A stretch of DNA of 59,659 bases, from positions 1 to 59,659 of the IMG/VR virus record IMGVR_UViG_3300027889_000037; one strand, given 5' to 3'. Positions within the stretch are counted from its first letter, which is position 1. Each line of letters starts with the position of its first letter. The notes under the pieces are model-generated. The model made no database searches, was not told where the DNA came from, and was given only the letters and a program-made list of their open reading frames with translations. A program made the translations under genes and the position numbers. Shown piece after piece: positions 53,796 to 59,659 of this stretch. Source of the DNA: a virus (lineage: Duplodnaviria > Caudoviricetes).

Positions 53796-54128
53796 ATGTC
53801 CTTAACCGCGTTTCTCAATTCTAAAGAAGCTCTGGCCGCTACCGAACAAGCCCACATTGCCGATTCGGCGTGGTTCATTCGGCACCCAGATCGTAAATTT
53901 CACCTCCGCGAGCCTTTTGTTGGCGAGTTTCCCTTCAATATCACCCCGCCGCCCGGCATTCGGTGTGTTGTGGTCTCGCAAATCGCTACTGGCCACCGCT
54001 ACCGCCAGATTGTCTATGTGACCAAATTGCTCGATACCGAGGATATTGCCCGCCTCGCCGCCGAAACCGCCTTTAGCTCGATCGTGCTGGTCGATACGCA
54101 AGACCCTCCCTCGAACGCGCGGCACTAA
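53796..54128 (+). CDS. Hypothetical protein
   Basis: DSAWFIRHPDRKFHLR...EF; upstream of primase. Confidence 0.65.
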   Translation: MSLTAFLNSKEALAATEQAHIADSAWFIRHPDRKFHLREPFVGEFPFNITPPPGIRCVVVSQIATGHRYRQIVYVTKLLDTEDIARLAAETAFSSIVLVDTQDPPSNARH

Positions 54129-54130
54129 CC

Positions 54131-56521
54131 ATGCCAACCCCAATCGATTTTCTTCGCCTTATCCTCCCGCCGGTCGGCCCCTACGCCTATCTGGTCAAGC
54201 CGGCGGGCCGCACCAAGCCGCAGAACGAGTTCGCCCCCACGATCGAGGCCCTGTGGCAACAGATGGCCGCCTGGGACGCCCGCGGCGCCGAGACGTGGCA
54301 CGCCTGCGCCTCGTTCAAACGCGCAGAGAACGACCCCAGAGGCACCAAACAAGCCGACAAGCGCCTCGGGCGCACACACCATAATGTGGCGTTACTGAAA
54401 ACCCTGCGGCTCGACCTCGATGCCGGCAACGGCAAGCCTTACCAAGACGCCGCAGCGGCCGGCGCGCAAGCGGTGGCGTTCGCCAGCGCGGCGCAGCTCC
54501 CCATGCCCATGCTGGTCGCCTCGGGGGGCGGTGCTCACGTTTATTGGCCATTGCACGAAGCTATCATGCCGAGCCAATGGAAGGTCTTAGCCAACAAGCT
54601 CAAACTGTTGTGCCGGCAGCATAATCTGCAAGCCGACCCAGCCGTTACGGCCGACGTGACGCGGGTGCTCCGAACGCCAGGCACGCACAGCCAGAAGCGC
54701 GGCGGTAAGTTAGTTCGGTGTTTTCAACTAGTTAAGCCATATGACTTAAATGATTTTGTTGGCTTAAACGTGGATATCGCCCAACTGGCGCAAGTCCCTG
54801 TGAAGGTTGACGTTCGGGTGCCGGAATACCTGCGAATCGCGGGGTTGCCGCGGCTGGCCGATCGCGCAGCCGAAGGAATGCGCGGGAAGGACGTTTTTGC
54901 CGAGGAAATAGCGGGGCAGTGTGGGCAGTTAGCGGCATTTCGTGACAGCCGTGGCGAGGTGCCCGAGCCGCTGTGGTACGCCGCGCTGGGCGTGTTGGCG
55001 TGGTGCGCCGATGGCGACGAGGCCGGCCATGCTTGGTCGAAGGATTATGATGGCTACACGCCCGAAGAAACGCAAACCAAGCTCGACCGGGCGCGCGAGC
55101 TAAGCGGGGCGACGCTGTGCGAGCGGTTCCACGGCTTGGCACCGGCCGCGTGCGAGGCTTGCCCGCTGTGGGGCAAAGTCAATTCACCAATCGGCGCCAT
55201 GCGCGGGGTGGTCAAGGTTGACCGCCCGGAGTCAGGCGAGACTCTTAATGGTCACGACGCGCTGCCGCCCATGTTTGCGGACGCCTCGCCGCAAACCGAA
55301 TTCATCCGATTTCCCGATGTGGATGGCAAGGGAACCATCCTCAAAACCTGCCGCAACGCGCGGGCTGCGATCAAGGCGTTAGGCGTCACGTGCGAATACG
55401 ATACCTTCCATAACAAAATGCTTCTCGGCGGCCAACCCATAAACCAGTACGCGGGCGAGCTGAGCGACGAGGCCACGCAAATGCTCCGGGTTATGATCGG
55501 GGAGCAATTCAACTTCGACCCTGGCCAGCCAAACACGCACGACGCCGCAGTGCAAGAGTGCCTGCAACACGCTTACGACCCGATCTTGGACTATCTCAAC
55601 GAGGTGCAATGGGACGGTCGGCCGCGGCTGGGGACGTGGCTTGCCGACTATCTGGGCGCCGACCGATCGCCACTCAACGCCGAGATCGGCACCCTTTGTC
55701 TCGTTGCTGCTGTGCGCCGTGCGCGCGTGCCAGGCGCCAAGTTTGACCAGATAACGGTGCTCGAAGGCCGTGAGGGAACCAAGAAAAGCGGAGCGATCGA
55801 GATATTGGCCGGTAGCGAGAATTTCAGCGATCAAACGATTCTAGGGCTGGACGACAAAGCACAACAGGAAATGGTGCAAGGGGTTTGGCTTTACGAAATC
55901 GCGGATCTGGCCGGCATCACCAAGGCAGAGGTGGAACGGGTTAAGGCTTTTGCGTCGCGCAAGGTGGACCGCGCCAGGCCGGCATACGGCCGATCAAGGG
56001 TAGATAGGCCGCGGCGCTGCGTTTTCTTTGCCACCACCAATAACGACACCTATCTAAAATCTCAAACCGGCAATCGACGGTTCTGGCCGGTACGGGCGCC
56101 GCGCGTGAACCTCGACGCATTGACGCGGGACAGAGACCAATTGTGGGCGCAAGCGGCTTACATAGAGCGGAGCGGCGCGAGCGTGTTCTTGCGCGAGGCG
56201 ATGTGGGGCGAGGTCGGAGCACTACAGGATAGCCGGCGCGATCATGACCCTTGGGACGATATTTTAAGGCACGTCAAAGGGGCGTTAAACACCGAGCAAA
56301 CGGAGTACCGAATCAGCACGCGAGATATTTTTGAATTGTGGCTCAGGGTCGGTGGAGACAAGCTCACAGACACTAGCGCTAAGCGCCTCTGTTACACCAT
56401 GACTAGGCTTGGATGGAACGGGCCAAAGGCGTTACGAATTAACGATGAAGTGGTGCGCGGATATTCGCGACCCAGTAACAGCGACGAGCACGTTACGTTA
56501 CATGAGGGCGAAACACCATAA
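54131..56521 (+). CDS. Primase-polymerase fused to VapE-type helicase
   Basis: LDLD, SGGGAHVYW, RVLRTPGT; GREGTKKS Walker A, FFATTN...GNRRFWPV. Confidence 0.9.
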   Translation: MPTPIDFLRLILPPVGPYAYLVKPAGRTKPQNEFAPTIEALWQQMAAWDARGAETWHACASFKRAENDPRGTKQADKRLGRTHHNVALLKTLRLDLDAGNGKPYQDAAAAGAQAVAFASAAQLPMPMLVASGGGAHVYWPLHEAIMPSQWKVLANKLKLLCRQHNLQADPAVTADVTRVLRTPGTHSQKRGGKLVRCFQLVKPYDLNDFVGLNVDIAQLAQVPVKVDVRVPEYLRIAGLPRLADRAAEGMRGKDVFAEEIAGQCGQLAAFRDSRGEVPEPLWYAALGVLAWCADGDEAGHAWSKDYDGYTPEETQTKLDRARELSGATLCERFHGLAPAACEACPLWGKVNSPIGAMRGVVKVDRPESGETLNGHDALPPMFADASPQTEFIRFPDVDGKGTILKTCRNARAAIKALGVTCEYDTFHNKMLLGGQPINQYAGELSDEATQMLRVMIGEQFNFDPGQPNTHDAAVQECLQHAYDPILDYLNEVQWDGRPRLGTWLADYLGADRSPLNAEIGTLCLVAAVRRARVPGAKFDQITVLEGREGTKKSGAIEILAGSENFSDQTILGLDDKAQQEMVQGVWLYEIADLAGITKAEVERVKAFASRKVDRARPAYGRSRVDRPRRCVFFATTNNDTYLKSQTGNRRFWPVRAPRVNLDALTRDRDQLWAQAAYIERSGASVFLREAMWGEVGALQDSRRDHDPWDDILRHVKGALNTEQTEYRISTRDIFELWLRVGGDKLTDTSAKRLCYTMTRLGWNGPKALRINDEVVRGYSRPSNSDEHVTLHEGETP

Positions 56522-56691
56522 AATGCTGGTAATCCAATGTAGTAACACCTGTTATATCTTAATCTATATAACCAATGGAGAGAGGAAAAGAAGAAGGGAG
56601 AAGCACGCATATGTGCGATGGATGTGAGTCAGTTAGCCCTATAGGAGAGTGGTGTTAAACCCGTATCAGGTGTAACGCAGAAAATCCCCAC

Positions 56692-56720
56692 TTGACTCCC
56701 CCTCTAGTAGAGAGTAAAAG
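56692..56720 (+). promoter_or_regulatory. Early promoter 1
   Basis: TTGACT-N17-TAAAAG with TAGAGAGTAAA. Confidence 0.7.
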
Positions 56721-56750
56721 AAAAGACGGTTTCAGCAATGGGAGAGTGAA

Positions 56751-57173
56751 ATGGCGATGGCAGAGCAAGACAGATACGCGCACGCGCGGTCAAACGCTAA
56801 GGGCTGGTTTGAGTCCATCGAGGAAATGCTGGCCGCGCAGAATGCGGCTGCGAAAGATGGCGGGATAGCCGCTATCGAGGAGTCCGAGCGCGCGGTGCAT
56901 GAAAGCGTGCTTTCGATCGAGGTTCGATCGGCTTGGGTATCGTGCGGTGATTGGGATCGGTTTCACTCCGACCGCGTGGCGCCGGACGAATACTGCATCC
57001 TGCTGAGCACTGGCGGCCCGGCGCTCAGGATCGTGGGCCAGCTCGACCAATACGGCCAGCCGAGCTCGGCGGAAATGCAGATGCAAGACTGGGGGATCGT
57101 TTGGGAACGCTACCCGGCGCCTGAGGCGACGCTTTTGGAGTTTGTTAGTCAGTTTTGCTTCTACAACGGCTAG
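56751..57173 (+). CDS. Acidic early hypothetical protein
   Basis: GGGAGAG RBS; LLSTGGPALRI...QDWG. Confidence 0.75.
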   Translation: MAMAEQDRYAHARSNAKGWFESIEEMLAAQNAAAKDGGIAAIEESERAVHESVLSIEVRSAWVSCGDWDRFHSDRVAPDEYCILLSTGGPALRIVGQLDQYGQPSSAEMQMQDWGIVWERYPAPEATLLEFVSQFCFYNG

Positions 57174-57254
57174 GGGCCAAGTGCCAGGAAGCCCGCAAAA
57201 GCCTCTTGGCGCCCCTTAGAACGGGTTTGGAGAGGGTTTTAGGAGGGAAGGACT

Positions 57255-57476
57255 ATGACAATCCAGGTAGATCGAGCGAAGCAGCTCTTAGCGATTGCGG
57301 TACGGCAGAGCCGGGAAGGTCCGCGTTTCTTTGAGTGTGGCTGTTGCGGACACATGCACTCGCCTGACTTTTGGGGCGATTGCCGCCAAGATAGCGAACG
57401 CTTTACGTGCATGGAACTGGACGAGGTGTTCGGGGAGAATGCTTGGGAGGAAGTCGAGCAAGAGTCAGCGTGGTAG
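57255..57476 (+). CDS. Early hypothetical protein (CGCCG.MH)
   Basis: AGGAGG RBS. Confidence 0.7.
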   Translation: MTIQVDRAKQLLAIAVRQSREGPRFFECGCCGHMHSPDFWGDCRQDSERFTCMELDEVFGENAWEEVEQESAW

Positions 57477-57505
57477 TTGACAACCCCAATGATAGAGAGT
57501 AAAGA
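57477..57505 (+). promoter_or_regulatory. Early promoter 2
   Basis: TTGACA-N17-TAAAGA with TAGAGAGTAAA. Confidence 0.7.
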
Positions 57506-57540
57506 GTTAGGCGTGACGGATAAAGCAATGGGAGAGTGAC

Positions 57541-57882
57541 ATGCGGAAAGTCAGTTTTGAGCAAGCTTGCGCGCGTTTCGTCCATCGCTATACGATGGAT
57601 CATGTTCCACAATGGGCGCGGCGCGTGCGGGAGAACGGTAGTTTTTACGCGCCGCAGTTTGCCAGCGACCGCGAGTGGTATGAGCGCACGATTTTTCCAG
57701 GCGAGCCGGGCGTTCACGGCAACAGCTCGCATTGCTACACATCCGGGCAGACGTGGCCGCTCGGGCAATCGCTGGCGCGGCCCTATAGGGGCAAGGCGGC
57801 TTACTTGTCGCGCGATGTGGCGACTAATACGCCGCAGATGGTTATCGACCGCGCGAAAGAGGACTTGTGCCTAGCGCAATAA
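57541..57882 (+). CDS. Early hypothetical protein
   Basis: GGGAGAG RBS; HRYTMDHVPQWA...YAPQFASDREW. Confidence 0.75.
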   Translation: MRKVSFEQACARFVHRYTMDHVPQWARRVRENGSFYAPQFASDREWYERTIFPGEPGVHGNSSHCYTSGQTWPLGQSLARPYRGKAAYLSRDVATNTPQMVIDRAKEDLCLAQ

Positions 57883-57902
57883 GGGAAAGGACATAGGCCA
57901 GA

Positions 57903-57929
57903 AAGCCCGCCCTAGCCGGCGGGTTTTTT
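57903..57929 (+). terminator. Rho-independent terminator
   Basis: GCCCGCC-loop-GGCGGGT followed by T-run. Confidence 0.8.
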
Positions 57930-57993
57930 GTGCTTGACTTATGGTTTGGATTGGTAGAGAGTAAAGGTCGCCTCAAACGATAGGAGACTCGTT

Positions 57994-58239
57994 ATGGCTG
58001 AGATTCGCAAAATTACTGGCGCCGCTTATTGGGCTAGCTATCTCATCAACGGTGACGCGAGCGGCCTAGAGCCGGAAGAGAAAGCCCTGTGTGATGCTTG
58101 GCTGGAACGCGAATTGTGCCTGGAGGAGTCGATCGTGGATTGCGAGGAAGAGTCGCGCTTTACATGGTCCTACGGGCTTTACACTGGCGCCGATTGCCGT
58201 GGCGGGGATGTATTCGAATACACGGTGCTGCGGCCATGA
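57994..58239 (+). CDS. Acidic early hypothetical protein
   Basis: AGGAG RBS; AYWASYLINGDASGL. Confidence 0.75.
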   Translation: MAEIRKITGAAYWASYLINGDASGLEPEEKALCDAWLERELCLEESIVDCEEESRFTWSYGLYTGADCRGGDVFEYTVLRP

Positions 58240-58520
58240 GTAACCTTGACGAATTGCGTGCCGACTTTGAGCAAGTGCAAGTCGCATGGGAATCGCTGAT
58301 AGCGGACCATTTTCCAGGCGCCGACAAGTGGCAGTGGTATCGAGCGTTAAGCGCCGTGCGCGGTGAGGATGTTCGGCGCAATGACGACATGGCGCGCGAT
58401 GCCGAGCTGGCGGCGGATGACGCGATCCGCCAAGCGCACGACGATTATATCCGCAAGCTTCATGTTTTCTACCGTGCGCGTGATGGTGAGCATGGCGTTC
58501 TAGGTGGCCGCGGATTGTGA
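58236..58520 (+). CDS. Early hypothetical protein
   Basis: ATGA coupling, MSNLDELRAD... Confidence 0.65.
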   Translation: MSNLDELRADFEQVQVAWESLIADHFPGADKWQWYRALSAVRGEDVRRNDDMARDAELAADDAIRQAHDDYIRKLHVFYRARDGEHGVLGGRGL

Positions 58521-58523
58521 CGC

Positions 58524-58552
58524 TTGACTCTCGACCTGATAGAGAGTAAAGA
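58524..58552 (+). promoter_or_regulatory. Early promoter 4
   Basis: TTGACT-N17-TAAAGA with TAGAGAGTAAA. Confidence 0.7.
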
Positions 58553-58581
58553 GGGTTTGTCTTTAACCGATGGAGGGGATT

Positions 58582-58854
58582 ATGCCGGATTTAGCTAAAC
58601 TCTCGGCGCGGCAGATCGAAGCGTTGTATGCCAAGCGCCAAGAAGCGTGCAGCGTCAATTGCACGGCGCTTATTAACGCTGGCCGTGGCATGGAGCGGGG
58701 CAACGAGATTTACGCCAAGGGAATCGCTGGCGTCGATCCGTTGTCGGTTGAGTATGTGCGGCTTACTGATGCCGTGCAGTTAGTCATTGCGGAAATGGAA
58801 TCGCGCAAGCGCTGGCATGGTTCGCTGAAACCGATTCGGCGCAAAGCGGCTTAG
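58582..58854 (+). CDS. Early hypothetical protein
   Basis: GGAGG RBS. Confidence 0.7.
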   Translation: MPDLAKLSARQIEALYAKRQEACSVNCTALINAGRGMERGNEIYAKGIAGVDPLSVEYVRLTDAVQLVIAEMESRKRWHGSLKPIRRKAA

Positions 58855-58863
58855 GAGGCGAAA

Positions 58864-59046
58864 ATGATTTTAGGTCCGCTCACCGAATATATTTTGCCGG
58901 AAACGGATTTATACCACTCGAATCATCCGTTCCATTGGCTTGTACTTGAGGAAATTGAGGAATACGAACTGGTGATGGAATTGGACTCTACGTCAAAAGC
59001 GCACGTCGATTTCGGCGATAAGGTTGTGGGAGTGTTTGAAGCCTAG
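58864..59046 (+). CDS. Very acidic small early protein
   Basis: AGGAGG RBS. Confidence 0.6.
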   Translation: MILGPLTEYILPETDLYHSNHPFHWLVLEEIEEYELVMELDSTSKAHVDFGDKVVGVFEA

Positions 59047-59074
59047 CGCCGCGCGCCTGACGCGACTAGGCAAC

Positions 59075-59106
59075 GAGGCCGGCCTAACCGCCGGCCTTTT
59101 TCTTTT
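59075..59106 (+). terminator. Rho-independent terminator
   Basis: AGGCCGGC-loop-GCCGGCCT followed by TTTTCTTTT. Confidence 0.8.
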
Positions 59107-59497
59107 CCGCGTCTGCGAGCGTTTGTGGGGCAAAGCGGCCGGCATATCCGCGCGGCATTCCCTGGTGTGGCTTGCGGCGCTCGACAACGGCATAGTGCAG
59201 TCGGATTCTGTGCGCCAGGATCATGCAAGCGTTGGCGCGTTCCTCTAGCTTTGCGATTAGCATTTCGCGCGCCCATTCTGGTGCCTCGCGCCGACCGCGG
59301 CGCCAATGTTTGATTGTGGAATAGCCGACTCGACCGTCGAATAGTCGGACGATTTCTGAGTGTTTGCGCGACGGGACCAGATGCAAAATTAGTTGCTCGA
59401 TCGGCGGGGGTGCAGCTGCGTTTGGGAGCGGTTCGGGGTGCTCTTGCGACGCGTCGCCTTCAGTGGCTTGCGGCAAATTCTGAGTTCCGTTTGTCAT
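59084..59497 (-). CDS. HTH-containing hypothetical protein
   Basis: VGYSTIKHWRRGRREAPEWA. Confidence 0.55.
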   Translation of the reverse strand: MTNGTQNLPQATEGDASQEHPEPLPNAAAPPPIEQLILHLVPSRKHSEIVRLFDGRVGYSTIKHWRRGRREAPEWAREMLIAKLEERANACMILAHRIRLHYAVVERRKPHQGMPRGYAGRFAPQTLADAEKKKAGG

Positions 59498-59659
59498 GTG
59501 CTTCGATCCTATCCCGGCCGCGACGCTATCGCGACCTGGCACCAGCTCCGTACCCCGTTGCGTGCCTAGTGCTTTGAAGCGCCAATTTATTTGATCTCGG
59601 CGCTTAGGATCATAGTCCTTCTTACAGCCTTACAACACTGTAACTAACCATTGATTTGA

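Larger units (their letters stand above)
1..59659. mobile_element. Tailed dsDNA phage (podovirus-like, probably temperate, alphaproteobacterial host); near-complete genome or prophage segment
   Basis: Ordered terminase-portal-scaffold-capsid-tail-ejection-lysis module plus PolA/helicase/primase module; no host housekeeping genes; no terminal repeat visible. Confidence 0.93.

Noticed and set aside
1-59659. tRNA/rRNA genes, terminal repeats, att sites, self-targets of the array
   Set aside because: None recognised by eye and the window ends do not overlap. An exhaustive gapped-pattern search could not be done manually, so self-targeting is untested rather than excluded.

Overview
Most of the genome of a ~60-kb, GC-rich tailed dsDNA phage. 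It is podovirus-like (large predicted ejection proteins, no tape measure or sheath) and probably temperate. The host is probably an alphaproteobacterium (Hyphomicrobiales-like), inferred from an AADLPLKAP-type outer-membrane protein and CtrA-like winged-helix domains. Plus strand 1-36.7 kb: a sugar-modification cluster (epimerase, TPR-glycosyltransferase, FkbM methyltransferase) with a serine recombinase, then HNH, terminase, portal, scaffold, capsid, tail and ejection proteins, tail fibres, GH108 lysin, a holin candidate and an OMP. Minus strand 36.6-53.3 kb: many small accessory genes, a tyrosine recombinase, ASCH, an SSB-like protein, SNF2 helicase, VRR-NUC, a PD-(D/E)XK exonuclease and family A DNA polymerase. 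Plus strand 53.8-59 kb: primase/VapE helicase and an early-gene cluster with repeated promoters. Main discovery: a stand-alone RAMP/Cas7-like gene (43307-43936) is followed directly by a ~450-nt non-coding array with a strict 5-nt period (76 of 77 hand-counted pentamers share a constrained dinucleotide). Conserved linkers divide the array into blocks, and a partner gene fused to a CtrA-like DNA-binding domain follows. This is a candidate RNA-guided system with non-contiguous guides. Also notable: two covarying Shine-Dalgarno minigene RNAs (Met-Lys-stop, Met-Val-Asn-stop), each divergent from a predicted leaderless small gene; an ATT-initiated capsid gene; a 14-aa basic peptide gene; a repeated CGACA-N11-TGTCG palindrome; and a 21-aa motif shared between the primase and the SSB-like protein. 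All functional calls come from motif recognition by eye; no database searches were run.
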